A DNA stretch of 64,000 bases from an uncultured bacterium (lineage in GTDB: Bacteria > Acidobacteriota > Thermoanaerobaculia > Multivoradales > JAHZIX01). The notes under the pieces were generated by a model, which made no database searches, was not told the origin of the DNA, and saw only the letters and a list, made by a program, of their open reading frames with translations. The position numbers and the translations under genes were made by a program. The stretch lies in NCBI GenBank assembly GCA_965368975.1, contig CBDUPA010000001.1:96001-160000 (forward strand). The letters are read 5' to 3'. Positions 41,102 to 51,088 of this stretch are shown here, piece after piece; the stretch's first letter is position 1; each line of letters begins with the position of its first letter.

Positions 41102-43398
41102 GCGGTTCGCGTGTACCGAAGCAGCCCGAGGCCGGCCTGGACGCGACCGAGCTCGTGCGGCCGCGGGCACAGTCGCTGATCCAGCCGCGAGTCCAGCGTT
41201 TAGGTGACGAGCGTACCGAGATCTCCTGGCAACTCGCTCAAGCCGGTGAGGAGATCGCCGGCGGTGAGTCCGCCTCTGACGGCTCTACTGTGTTGGATCC
41301 CGGAGAGGCGCAGCACCCATCTCGTATTGGCCCTTACCGCATCCTCGAACTGCTCGGACAAGGCGGCATGGGAGCCGTTTACCTGGCCGAGCAGGCCGAG
41401 CCGATTCGCCGACAGGTGGCGATCAAGCTCATCCATCCTGAGATGATGAGCCGTTCCGCGCTGCTGCGCTTCGACGCCGAGCGTCAGGCACTGGCGCTCA
41501 TGAAGCATCCCAACATCGCGCAGATTTTCGAGGCCGGCACCACGAGTGACGGTCATCCCTTCGTGGTCATGGAAGCGCTCGTCGGCGAGCCGCTCACTAC
41601 CTACTGCGATCGCCGGAAGCTGAGCTTGCGGCAGCGTCTCGAGATCTTTCGTCAGGTTTGCGCCGGTGTTCAACACGCGCATCAGAAGGGCGTGCTGCAT
41701 CGCGACCTCAAACCGAACAACGTGCTGGTGGTCGAAGATGACGATGGACGGCCGCAGGTCAAAATCATCGACTTTGGCATCGCCAAGGCGCTCGACGATC
41801 CACTCGTCGATGCCACGCAGCTTACCAACACTTACTTGCTCGGAACCCCGGCCTATCTGAGCCCCGAATCCATCGACTCCGCCGAACAAGGTGCCGACGT
41901 GCGTTCGGACGTCTACGCCCTCGGCGTCCTGCTCTACGAACTACTTTCCAGCGGGCGCCCGTTCGAGCGCGCCGGTAGCAGTCAGGTCGACTTCTTGTGG
42001 CGCATCGTCAACGAAGAGGCGAAGCGACCGAGCGCGCGCTTCGCCTCGTGGGCGGACAGCACCCAGGAGCGAGCCGCCACCAATCGCGACCTGCAGCCCG
42101 CTGCCCTGCTGCGGCGGCTGCGGCGCGAGCTCGACTGGTTAGTGCTCAAGGCCATTGCCAAGGACCGAGAGGATCGTTACCCGTCTGTCTCGGCCCTGGA
42201 CGCCGACGTCTTCCGCTACCTCGATCACCGGCCCTTGCACGCAGCATCGCCAAGCCGCGTCGACCGCCTCGTCAAGTGGGTTCGACGCAACCGCGCCGCC
42301 CTTGCAGTTGCTGGCGTCATCCTACTGATCTTGGTCGGCGGCATTGTGGCCCGCACCCTCGAAGCCCAACGCGCCAACCGCGAAGCCGCAGCCGCTCGTC
42401 AAGCGGAAGAAGAAGCCCGCGAGGTCGTGCGCTTCCTCACCCACATGTTCCACCAGGCCGACCCCGCTCGCTTCGCTTCCGGCGATCCGGTGACCGCGCG
42501 CGAAGTGCTCGACTGGGGCGTCGAGACGATCGGCCGGCAGGACATGGTCGAACGCCCCACGGTGCGCGTGAGCCTTCTCTTCGTCTTCGCCGACGTCCTG
42601 ATCAGCCTGGGCGATGCCACCACTGCCAAGCGAGTCGCCGACGAGGCAATCCGGATCATCGAAGACGACCTAGGAGGCATGACCGCGGACCGGGCCCGCA
42701 TCCTAGGTGTCAAAGCCCTGGCCGAGGCTCGTCTGGGGCACTCCGACCTCGCCGAAGAATCCTTCCTACGTGCCGTGGAAATTCTCGAACAGGGCGGTCC
42801 AGCCGACGTCCGTGCACCCCTGCTGATGAACCTGGGGACGTTTTACGCTCAGGAGGGCGTTCCGGACAAGGCCGAGGAGTACTTCCGTCGCGGCCTGGAG
42901 CAAGCGGACCAGGTCGACAACCAGTTTGCCCCGCCCGCCAACGAGGCCCGCCATCTGAGCAACTACGGTGGCGTCCTGGCCAGCGCTGGCAAGCTGGAAG
43001 AGGCCGAACGCGTGCTGCGTCGCGGCTACATCTTCGCCGCCGAAAACCTGGGCCCGTCTCACCCATTGCGCGGCTACCTGGGCCTCAACCTGGGCACTGT
43101 CGTGCTCAACCAGGGGCGCCCTGCCGAGGCCGTGCCTTTGTTTAGGGATAGCCTGGCTGTCTTCGAGCAGAGTTTCGAACAGAGTAGCGGTACACCTTCG
43201 CCAGTGTTGCCTGGGGCTCTCGCCAACCTGGCAAGAGCCCTGGGTGAGCTAGGGCAGTACGAAGAGGCGCGGCCCTTGCTGCGTCGAGCCCTAGAGTTGC
43301 GGGAGGCTCAACTCGGGCCCGACCACCCGGCCACTCAGAACCTGCGGGAAGCCCTGGAGGCGATGGCGGAGTCCGTAGCTGAGTCGTCGAGTGAATGA
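41098..43398 (+). CDS. Membrane Ser/Thr protein kinase with TPR repeats (paralog 2)
   Basis: LGQGGMGAVYLA, HRDLKPNN, IIDFG, GTPAYLSPE. TM segment and TPRs. TTG start overlaps the upstream stop. Confidence 0.92.
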   Translation: MSGSRVPKQPEAGLDATELVRPRAQSLIQPRVQRLGDERTEISWQLAQAGEEIAGGESASDGSTVLDPGEAQHPSRIGPYRILELLGQGGMGAVYLAEQAEPIRRQVAIKLIHPEMMSRSALLRFDAERQALALMKHPNIAQIFEAGTTSDGHPFVVMEALVGEPLTTYCDRRKLSLRQRLEIFRQVCAGVQHAHQKGVLHRDLKPNNVLVVEDDDGRPQVKIIDFGIAKALDDPLVDATQLTNTYLLGTPAYLSPESIDSAEQGADVRSDVYALGVLLYELLSSGRPFERAGSSQVDFLWRIVNEEAKRPSARFASWADSTQERAATNRDLQPAALLRRLRRELDWLVLKAIAKDREDRYPSVSALDADVFRYLDHRPLHAASPSRVDRLVKWVRRNRAALAVAGVILLILVGGIVARTLEAQRANREAAAARQAEEEAREVVRFLTHMFHQADPARFASGDPVTAREVLDWGVETIGRQDMVERPTVRVSLLFVFADVLISLGDATTAKRVADEAIRIIEDDLGGMTADRARILGVKALAEARLGHSDLAEESFLRAVEILEQGGPADVRAPLLMNLGTFYAQEGVPDKAEEYFRRGLEQADQVDNQFAPPANEARHLSNYGGVLASAGKLEEAERVLRRGYIFAAENLGPSHPLRGYLGLNLGTVVLNQGRPAEAVPLFRDSLAVFEQSFEQSSGTPSPVLPGALANLARALGELGQYEEARPLLRRALELREAQLGPDHPATQNLREALEAMAESVAESSSE

Positions 43399-43466
43399 AC
43401 TCGGCTCCACTTACGATTCATGGTTGATGAAGGATCGAAGCAAGGGGTGCTGCTCGAGAGTTGGTT

Positions 43467-46400
43467 TCAGTTGGTGGGGAAGGGGTGGTGGCGCGTCGTA
43501 TCCTGGCTGAATCGAGACGGAGGTACTCCGTAGCGCTCGCGGAAGCGTTTGCCGAAGTAGGAGAGGCTGGGGAACCCGGTTGCGTAGCAAATCTCCGTCA
43601 CGTTTCCTCGTCCATCTCTCAGCAGCTCGGCTGCCCTGGCAAGGCGCACCTTTCGGATCAGTTCCGAAGGTGGCAAGCCGAAGCTCTGACGGACTTTGCG
43701 GAACAGCGATGTTCGATCGAGAGCCAGCGTTGAGGCAAGATTCTCGACCTTGAAACTGGGATCTGCCAGGTTCCCGAGGATAGCTTGACGGACCCTCGCC
43801 TCGAAATTCTGTGGCCTGGCTTCCAGCTCTGGCGGCTGCCAGCGAAGACGCTCACTCAGGCGCCGGCGGGATGCAAGAATTCCAGAAACTCGAGCGACCA
43901 ACTCGGCGCCATCGAAGGGCTTGCTCATGTAGTCGTCGGCTCCCGCCTGAAATCCGTTGAGCGTGTCCTGCTGGCTTGTACGGGCGGTCAGAAGGAGTAC
44001 CGGTAGGAAGAAGATCTCTGGGTCCTGGCGCAACTGCTGGGTCATGGTCAGGCCGTCGAGGCCCGGCATCATGACGTCACTGACGATGAGGTCCGGCAAT
44101 TCCCTGCGGGCAATGACCAGAGCTTCTTCACCATCGCTAGCCTCCAGGACCCGGAAACTGGTGGCCAGGCGTACGGTCAGGAACCTCCGTAGCTCGACGT
44201 TGTCGTCGACGACCAGGACCGCCGGGAGCTCTGCATCCTCCAACCCGGTAGTGTCTTCCAACTCGGTAGTATCTTCCAACTCGGGAGCTCTCGCCGTTGC
44301 TGGCAGCTCTCGAGCTCCTGAGGTCTCAGGCTGCGCCAGCGGTCCGTCGATTTCCTGCAGGTTCTCGGGTTGGAAGTGGTCTCGCCCCCGCCGTAGCGTC
44401 ACCGTGAAGACGCTGCCTTCGGTCAACCGGCTGCGGACTTGAACGTGGCCGCCATGAAGCTCGGTGAACTCCTTGACCAGGGCAAGGCCGATCCCAGTCC
44501 CCGGTTGCCGAGAGGTCGCCTGGGGGCCCTGGAAGTAGCGTTCGAAGATCTGAGGCAGAGCATCCTCGGGAATCCCCTGTCCGGTATCCGTCACTTCCAA
44601 GACAGCTTTGTCCGTGGTCGCCCAGAGGCGAAGGCGAACGGCCCCCCCGGTCGGAGTGAACTTGATGGCGTTCGAGAGCAGGTTCGAGATGACTTTGCTC
44701 ATCGCGTCCGGATCGAAGGTCAGCAGGAGCGGCCGGTCCGGCAAGGCCACTTCCCAGCTCAGATCTCTGCGCTTGGCTTCCGTCGAGAAGGCTGCGGTTT
44801 CCGATTGCACGAAAGCGGCGAAGTCGTCTTCGATCAGTCGGAGTCGTGAATGGCCTGCTTCCAGGCGGCCGATGTCGAGTACCTGGCCGACGAGCCCCAC
44901 CATGCGGCGTGTGCTGCGCAGGGCCATGTCGAGGTTCTGTCTCCCCGTGCAACTGAGTTGGCTGGTTCGGTCGTTTCGAAGCTCCTCGAGCGGCCCCATG
45001 GTCAGTGTCAGTGGGGTGCGAAATTCGTGGGAGACATTGGCGATGAATCGCGCTTTCGCGTCGTACATCTGTTGGATTCGGTGCGCTTGATCCCGGACTT
45101 GGGTGGTGCGCTCCACCACCACCACCTCGAGTCTGCGGTTGGCGAAGAGCAGGCCGAGGACCAGGCCTCCGAGGCTCAGCACATAGAGGGTGTAGGCCCA
45201 CCAGGTTCGCCACCAAGGAGGGTGAACCTCGACGGCCAGGTGGACTTCTTGCTCGCTCCAGGTGCCGTGAGGGTTCGCGGCCTTGACACGCAACAAGTGT
45301 TCGCCCGGGGGCAGGTCTGTATAGGTCACCAGACGCTGGTCAGCGCCGACGGAGATCCAGTCCTTGTCGACCCCTTCGAGCTTGTAGGCGTAGCGGTTGG
45401 CACTCGGGTTGGCAAAGTGCAGCGCTGCGAACTCGAAGGAGACAAGATCCTCGTCGGGCCCGAGGTGGATCCCTTCGGTCAGGTGCAGGGGGCGTTCGAG
45501 GAGCCCCGGTGCTCCCGGGGTCACGGCGACAGTTTGGTTCCGCAGACGCAGGTCGGTCAGCACCAGCAGTGGCCCCGTAGGGTCGCGTTCGAACGTCCTG
45601 GGTCGGAAGATGGTCAAGCCTTCCGGTCCGCCGAAGACCATGTGGCCATCCCGGGTGCGAAGGGCAGCTCCCTTGTTGTAGCCACCTGGCAAGGTTCCAT
45701 CGTCGACTCCGTAGTTTCGGAAGACCTCCGCTTGCGGATCGAAGCTCGAGATCCCTGCCACGGTACTCAACCACAAGTGGCCCGCGTCGTCGGGCAGGAT
45801 CGCTTCGATCAGGTCCGAGGACAGGCCCTGGCGTACTGTGAAGTGCCGTAACTCGGACCCCTGCTGCTCGAACTCGAGGCGGAAGAGCCCGGCGTTGGTG
45901 CCGATCCAGACGCGTTTCTCTTCATCTTCATAGATCGAGCTGACGCTGGGTTGGCCCTCGCTTCCGGGATAGAGAGAGAAATGCTCAAAGGTATCGGCTC
46001 CGGCGTTCAGCCGTGCCAGTCCTCGGTCGGAGAAGCCCACCCAAACGGTCCCGTCGCTGCCGCAGGTGAGGGTCTTGATGCCACTTGGCATCAGCGATCC
46101 GATGTCGCCTGGACGATGCCTGAAGGTGGTGGTGCTGCCGTCGGGGGCGAGCTTCGTCAGCCCGCGGTAGGCTACCCAGAGGGCCTGGTTTCGGTCGAGG
46201 CAAAGGGCATTGACGTAGTCTCGGCGCGCGGGGTTTTCCTGCAGGTCGAGGGTCTGGAGCCGCGTTCTCGTCGGTGTCCACAGCTCGATCTCACCGGGTC
46301 GGAATCCCACCCACACGTGACCGTCGGGCCGACCGACGATGCCGATGACATCGCGGGTCGGATCACCGGAGTCGCGGGGCCTGGAAAAAACTCCCGAGGA

Positions 46401-47588
46401 AGTCTCGAAGTGAGCCACCCCCTCCGTGGTCCCCAGCCAGATTGCTCCTTCACGGTCGTGGTGCAAGGCGAGAACCCCGCCTGGTGGCGATCGCAACGGG
46501 TCGGTGCTCTGCAAGTAGCTGACGAACTGCAGGGCGTTCAAGTCTATGCGGGCGACACCGCCGTACCAGGTACCAATCCAGAGAATGCCGGTGCGGTCCT
46601 GGAAAATCGACGCAATGCTGTTATTGGGCAGGGCGCCCAACTGGTGCGGATCCTGAAAGAAGTTCTGACAACTGCCGGTGGCACGATCGAGCAGAGAGAG
46701 TCCTTGATCAGTGCCGACCCAGAGGTGCCCCGCCCTATCTTCGAAGATGGTGTTGACCTGCTGGCCAGCCAGCGAGCCGGGATCTGCCGGATCGTGCCGG
46801 AAGACGTGAAACGACCGGGAAACTTCATTGAATCGAGCCAGCCCACCGGCGGTGCCCACCCACAAGACGCCCTCCTCATCTCGCAGCAACGCCAGCACCT
46901 GGTCATTGGGCAACGAACGCGGATCCGAGGGATCGCTACGAAAGGTCTCTAGGACGCCAGCCGCGGGATCGAAGTGAACCAGACCCTGGCGCGAGGTTGC
47001 AATCCACAAGCTCCCCTCGGTGGCTTCCATGACTCCCCGGATTCCTCTCTCCAGGCCGGCCACAGCCTGGCGGGTGAAGGTTTCCGTTTGCGGGTGAAAC
47101 AGCGCCAGACCGCCTGAGGTGGCGATCCACAGTCTGTCCCGTCGATCCTGGAAGATGTCCCAGATCCGATCGTGGGGAAGAGAACTCGCGTCAGCCTCGT
47201 CATGACGGTAGGCGACAAAGCTCTCGCGTTCGGCATCGAAGCGGTTCAGCCCGCCCTCGGCGGTCCCCAGCCACAGGGAGCCAGCATGGTCTTGGAAGAG
47301 CTTCCAGATTCTGTTGGCGGAGATGGAAGTGGGGACTTCACGGTCGTGCCGAAAGACCCTCGTCTGGTAGCCATCGAAACGGGCCGCGCCACCCTGGGTC
47401 GCGAACCACATGAAGCCATGCTGATCCTGGAGCACCGAGAGCACCGACTGCTGCGGGAGCCCTTGCTCGATGGACAGTGTCTCGAAGTACAGCCGCTCTG
47501 GGAGCGCGTCGAGGCACACCGGTAGCCAAAGGGCAAGCCCGAGGACCACGAGGTCTTTCCTGAGGACGGCGGCGAAGTGTGGGCGCAT
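43467..47588 (-). CDS. Hybrid two-component sensor: beta-propeller repeats, Y_Y_Y, HisKA/HATPase, receiver, AraC HTH
   Basis: Repeated D..G.LW.GT..GL..F blades. YAYKLEG. SHEFRTPL, NLLSNAIKFT, DTGQGI, GTGIGL. VVDDN/SDVMMP/SKPF. C-terminal TEICYATGFPSLSYFGKRFRERYG. Confidence 0.93.
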   Translation of the reverse strand: MRPHFAAVLRKDLVVLGLALWLPVCLDALPERLYFETLSIEQGLPQQSVLSVLQDQHGFMWFATQGGAARFDGYQTRVFRHDREVPTSISANRIWKLFQDHAGSLWLGTAEGGLNRFDAERESFVAYRHDEADASSLPHDRIWDIFQDRRDRLWIATSGGLALFHPQTETFTRQAVAGLERGIRGVMEATEGSLWIATSRQGLVHFDPAAGVLETFRSDPSDPRSLPNDQVLALLRDEEGVLWVGTAGGLARFNEVSRSFHVFRHDPADPGSLAGQQVNTIFEDRAGHLWVGTDQGLSLLDRATGSCQNFFQDPHQLGALPNNSIASIFQDRTGILWIGTWYGGVARIDLNALQFVSYLQSTDPLRSPPGGVLALHHDREGAIWLGTTEGVAHFETSSGVFSRPRDSGDPTRDVIGIVGRPDGHVWVGFRPGEIELWTPTRTRLQTLDLQENPARRDYVNALCLDRNQALWVAYRGLTKLAPDGSTTTFRHRPGDIGSLMPSGIKTLTCGSDGTVWVGFSDRGLARLNAGADTFEHFSLYPGSEGQPSVSSIYEDEEKRVWIGTNAGLFRLEFEQQGSELRHFTVRQGLSSDLIEAILPDDAGHLWLSTVAGISSFDPQAEVFRNYGVDDGTLPGGYNKGAALRTRDGHMVFGGPEGLTIFRPRTFERDPTGPLLVLTDLRLRNQTVAVTPGAPGLLERPLHLTEGIHLGPDEDLVSFEFAALHFANPSANRYAYKLEGVDKDWISVGADQRLVTYTDLPPGEHLLRVKAANPHGTWSEQEVHLAVEVHPPWWRTWWAYTLYVLSLGGLVLGLLFANRRLEVVVVERTTQVRDQAHRIQQMYDAKARFIANVSHEFRTPLTLTMGPLEELRNDRTSQLSCTGRQNLDMALRSTRRMVGLVGQVLDIGRLEAGHSRLRLIEDDFAAFVQSETAAFSTEAKRRDLSWEVALPDRPLLLTFDPDAMSKVISNLLSNAIKFTPTGGAVRLRLWATTDKAVLEVTDTGQGIPEDALPQIFERYFQGPQATSRQPGTGIGLALVKEFTELHGGHVQVRSRLTEGSVFTVTLRRGRDHFQPENLQEIDGPLAQPETSGARELPATARAPELEDTTELEDTTGLEDAELPAVLVVDDNVELRRFLTVRLATSFRVLEASDGEEALVIARRELPDLIVSDVMMPGLDGLTMTQQLRQDPEIFFLPVLLLTARTSQQDTLNGFQAGADDYMSKPFDGAELVARVSGILASRRRLSERLRWQPPELEARPQNFEARVRQAILGNLADPSFKVENLASTLALDRTSLFRKVRQSFGLPPSELIRKVRLARAAELLRDGRGNVTEICYATGFPSLSYFGKRFRERYGVPPSRFSQDTTRHHPFPTN

Positions 47589-47773
47589 CCGGTCGATTCC
47601 CCTGACAGCCTTGTCATGCGAGCGTCGACCTATTGTCTCAGATTTGCTTTTCTCAGATCTTCAGCGTCAAAGCAAGGTCGGGTGAGGTCTTGTTGCCCCG
47701 CCTTGGGCTCGGGGCGGGACGGATAGGGATGCGTGACGGGGGCAAGGGTGGTTCCGAAGACGAACCAGGTACC

Positions 47774-47806
47774 AAAGGAGAAGGGCAGGCGCTACGGCCT
47801 GCCCTT
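47774..47806 (-). terminator. Possible terminator hairpin downstream of the 86-aa small ORF
   Basis: Perfect 10-bp stem AAGGGCAGGC/GCCTGCCCTT with 6-nt loop. CTCCTTT follows on the minus strand. Confidence 0.5.
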
Positions 47807-47838
47807 GCAGCGAGTCGACGGAGTTTCGAAGCGACGGC

Positions 47839-48099
47839 TCAGAAATCATCCATGGCGATGTCCGGAGCGAGTTCCGCAGCGTCGGCAGCAGCGTCGCCGC
47901 CGGCTCCTCCTTCTCCGGCTTCCTCGTCGGCGCCGGATCCACTCTCAGCGGCAGCGGTACCCCGCGTGGTTCGCGCCTGCTTGTGAATTTCCTCGCCTAC
48001 CGGAGTTTCATCGATTCCATGAGCTGTCGCGTTCGCCGCATCGTCGACTCCATGGCCGACGCTGTCAGCCGCGTGTTCGATACTACCAAACAAGGACAT
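47839..48099 (-). CDS. Small acidic Gly/Ala-rich hypothetical protein (86 aa)
   Basis: Strong RBS AAAGGAGG upstream of ATG 48099. Downstream hairpin. Internal HGVD/HGID periodicity. Confidence 0.6.
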   Translation of the reverse strand: MSLFGSIEHAADSVGHGVDDAANATAHGIDETPVGEEIHKQARTTRGTAAAESGSGADEEAGEGGAGGDAAADAAELAPDIAMDDF

Positions 48100-48352
48100 G
48101 AGGGCTCCCTCCTTTGTGGATGGTGGGTAGCGCCCGGGTCTCAGGACAATCGCTGGTCGGACGCTAGTGTCTCAGGTGTTGCGCTTGTGCGCTCTCGACA
48201 CTGGAAACCTATGTCCTCGTGAGGAGGTGGTGTTAGCTCCGTAGGTTGCAGAGATTCGTTCGTTTGTTGCGATCGGGCGTTCTCTCGGTACCAAGAAAGC
48301 GGTTTGAGACTTTGCGGGACGCTCGTAGTCCTGGCGCCCTGGACGCAAGGCC

Positions 48353-49258
48353 TCAGGCCGGTTGCCCGGTCGCCTCGTCGGTCGACGCGTCGCCGCGCCT
48401 GAAGAAGCGGCGGAAGATCGCGACCAGGCCGACAATGGCCAGAATCAGGAACTTCTTGCCCGCCAGGAGCAGCTTCAGTAGCCCCGCGAACAGCCCCGCC
48501 TTGGCCGCGAGCTTGCCGGTCACCAAAGCTCCGAGGCCGTAGGCTGCGATCCTGTCGCCGTCCACGAAGTCGTCGTAGCGGTGCCCGTCGTTGAACGCCA
48601 CCGCCCCCAGCACCTCGTCCATGTCGCGCTCCACATCCGCCAGCTGGTGCATGCCCGCCACCGCATTCAGCTGCAGCACGCCCCGCCGCCCCAGCACACG
48701 GATGTTGTAGTTCAGGCTCTCGCCCTCGTCGAAGCGCAGATGTTTGGCCCAGTGCAACTTGTGCCCCTGCGCGTCATAGTGCGGCGGCGCCGCCCAGCCC
48801 ACCAGCTGCATCGACCCATACCCCGCCTCCTGCCGCGCCTCACTTTCCTCCCGCGTCTCCGCCTGCATCTGCGCCAGCAACTCGTCATAGTCGATCGCCG
48901 CCGCGTCCGAGTCGTCGACATGACCGTCCTCGGCATAGGTGATGATCACCCCCCAGCCTGCGTCCGAAAACGGATCGATGCCCGCCGGCACGATCATGCC
49001 CAGACTCTCGCCTCCCGGCGGATTGCCCCAACCGACGATTACCGTCTCGGTGTCGGCAGGGTCTAGGTACTCCAGGCTGGCCGGCAGGTCCAGCGTCGCG
49101 ATCCCGTTGGCCACCTCCACCGTGCCGCTCTGGTAGTCGAGGCTGGCTTCGAGCTGGTTGTAGTAGGTCTCCGGATCGATGTCGGGAGTGTCTTGGGCGA
49201 GGGTGGAGAGGGGAAGAAGGCAGAGACTGAGGGCGAAGCAGAGAAGGGATGAACGCAT
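48353..49258 (-). CDS. DUF2167-family membrane-anchored protein
   Basis: Signal peptide. WGNPP, GHVDDSDAAAIDYDELL, GWAAPPHYD...LHWAK, LNYNIRVLGRRGVL. C-terminal hydrophobic/basic tail. RBS AGGAG. Confidence 0.85.
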   Translation of the reverse strand: MRSSLLCFALSLCLLPLSTLAQDTPDIDPETYYNQLEASLDYQSGTVEVANGIATLDLPASLEYLDPADTETVIVGWGNPPGGESLGMIVPAGIDPFSDAGWGVIITYAEDGHVDDSDAAAIDYDELLAQMQAETREESEARQEAGYGSMQLVGWAAPPHYDAQGHKLHWAKHLRFDEGESLNYNIRVLGRRGVLQLNAVAGMHQLADVERDMDEVLGAVAFNDGHRYDDFVDGDRIAAYGLGALVTGKLAAKAGLFAGLLKLLLAGKKFLILAIVGLVAIFRRFFRRGDASTDEATGQPA

Positions 49259-49507
49259 GGTGGAACTCCTATTCGTCGGCGTGGATGCGCGTCCACGGTC
49301 TTGGTCTCGATTGAATGGTCTCGGCGGGGAAGTGCCGCCCGGAATCATCAAGTGAGACAGACGCAAGGGGAGGAATTCTCACCGCCGGTTTGCTAGGCTT
49401 CGCGATGAAGGATTGAAGCAGGTTGTGCGCGTAGTGTCGGGTCCGGGAACCGGATTTCGGCTTTCGTGCGACGAGAAACTAACCGCACGGGGCAACACCC
49501 TTCGGAT

Positions 49508-51088
49508 CTAGCCGCCCGACGATTTCCCGACCGCTACCCCCTCGACCCTCCCCGTCACCCGTGCCAACTCCCGCAACCTCGACGCCGACGCCGTATCAAA
49601 GTTCCGTTCCCTCGCCCGCCACGCCCAATTGTCTTCTGCCCGTCCCGGAACATTCATCCGCGCTTCGCTACCCAGCCCGCTGACGTCCTGCATCGGTAGC
49701 ACGGCCAGCTTGGCCACGGACGTGTAGGCGACCCGGGTCAGGGCTTCGTGGACATCCGCGACGCCTTGGTTGCCGCAGAAGGTCTGGACCCGGCCCTGCG
49801 CTTCGGCGTCGAGATCCGTGTACCAGCCGACGGTGGTGTTGCAGTCGTGGGTGCCGGTGTAGAGGACGGTAGCGGGGTCCAGCTGGTGCGGGCCGTGCTC
49901 GCTGTGGCCGTGCTCGTCGAAGGCGAAGTGCAGGACACGCATGCAGGGGAGTCGCAGGTGGGCGAGGAGGGCGCGCACGTCGTCGGTGATGACGCCGAGG
50001 TCTTCGGCCACCAGGGGCAGCGGGCCCAGCTGGCGTTCCAGGGCGTCGAAGAGGGCGGTGCCGGGGCCGGGGAGCCAGCTGCCGTCGCGGGCGGTGGGGG
50101 CGCCGGCGGGGACGGCCCAGTAGCCGGCGAAGCCGCGGAAGTGGTCGAGGCGGACGAGGTCGGTTTGACGCAGGTTGGCGGCGAGGCGATCGGCCCACCA
50201 GGTGTAGCCGTCGATGGCCATGCGGGACCAGTTGTAGAGTGGGTTGCCCCACAGTTGACCGTCTGCGCACAGATCGTCCGGGGGCACGCCAGCGACGTGG
50301 CTCGGGCGGCCGTCGGGGTCGAGGTCGAAGAGGTGGGGTTGGGCCCAGACTTCGGCGCTGTCGTGGGCGACGTAGATCGGCAGGTCGCCGAGCAGACGCA
50401 GACCGCGACGATGCACCTCGGCGCGCACGCGCTGCCATTGCTCGGCGAACAGCCATTGCACGAAGCGGTGGTAGGCGGTCGCGTCGGCGTGCTCGCGGCG
50501 AGCTTGCGCCAAGGCGGTGGGTTCGCGGCGGGTGAGGAGAGGCTCCCAGTCGAGCCAGCCTTGCTGACGGAATGTCTCCTTGAGGGCGCGGAAGAGAGCG
50601 AAGTCGTCGAGCCAGCCCTTCTGCTCGGGAGCCTGCTCGAAGGTCTCCAGACGCGCGCGTTGTTCAGGGCCGGCGTCGTGACGGAAGGCTTCCCAGGCGC
50701 GGCGCAGGAGCGGAGTCTTCCAGGCTTCGGCGAGCTGGAAGTCGACCCGGTCGGGGGCGACCCGGTCGGGCGCCGGGGTCGATGGCGCTGGCGGCTGCAC
50801 CTCGGCGGTCGACAGCAGTCCCATGTCGACGAGGCCGTCCGGCGACAGGAGCAGCGGGTTGCCGGCGAAGGCGGAGAAGCTGTTGTAGGGTGAGGCATAG
50901 GCTGCCGGCGGGGTCAGGGGCAGGACTTGCCAGACCCCGAAGCCGGCGTCGACGGCCCAGTCGAGAAAGCGGTCGACGCCATGGCCGAGGTCCCCGACCG
51001 GGGTGCGTCCCGGCAGGGAAGTCGGGTGCAGCAAAATACCGGCCTGACGGCGGTCGAGGCCCTTGGAAGGGGTGCTGGGAGGACTCAT
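49508..51088 (-). CDS. malQ: 4-alpha-glucanotransferase (amylomaltase, GH77)
   Basis: GILLHPTSLPG, WQVLPL, GDLPIYV, GVPPD...GQLWGNPLY, RLDHFRGF, AEDLG, YTGTHD, RMNVPG...NWAWR. Confidence 0.95.
   Translation of the reverse strand: MSPPSTPSKGLDRRQAGILLHPTSLPGRTPVGDLGHGVDRFLDWAVDAGFGVWQVLPLTPPAAYASPYNSFSAFAGNPLLLSPDGLVDMGLLSTAEVQPPAPSTPAPDRVAPDRVDFQLAEAWKTPLLRRAWEAFRHDAGPEQRARLETFEQAPEQKGWLDDFALFRALKETFRQQGWLDWEPLLTRREPTALAQARREHADATAYHRFVQWLFAEQWQRVRAEVHRRGLRLLGDLPIYVAHDSAEVWAQPHLFDLDPDGRPSHVAGVPPDDLCADGQLWGNPLYNWSRMAIDGYTWWADRLAANLRQTDLVRLDHFRGFAGYWAVPAGAPTARDGSWLPGPGTALFDALERQLGPLPLVAEDLGVITDDVRALLAHLRLPCMRVLHFAFDEHGHSEHGPHQLDPATVLYTGTHDCNTTVGWYTDLDAEAQGRVQTFCGNQGVADVHEALTRVAYTSVAKLAVLPMQDVSGLGSEARMNVPGRAEDNWAWRARERNFDTASASRLRELARVTGRVEGVAVGKSSGG

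Noticed and set aside
47667-47942. 91-aa minus-strand ORF
   Set aside because: Overlaps the better-supported 86-aa ORF and runs through the hairpin. No RBS.
48340-48370. GGACGCAAGGCC...GGTTGCC and GCACGGGGCAAC (~49484), resembling parts of a c-di-GMP-I riboswitch
   Set aside because: The pieces are far apart, lack the full P1/P2 structure and are not oriented in front of a gene.
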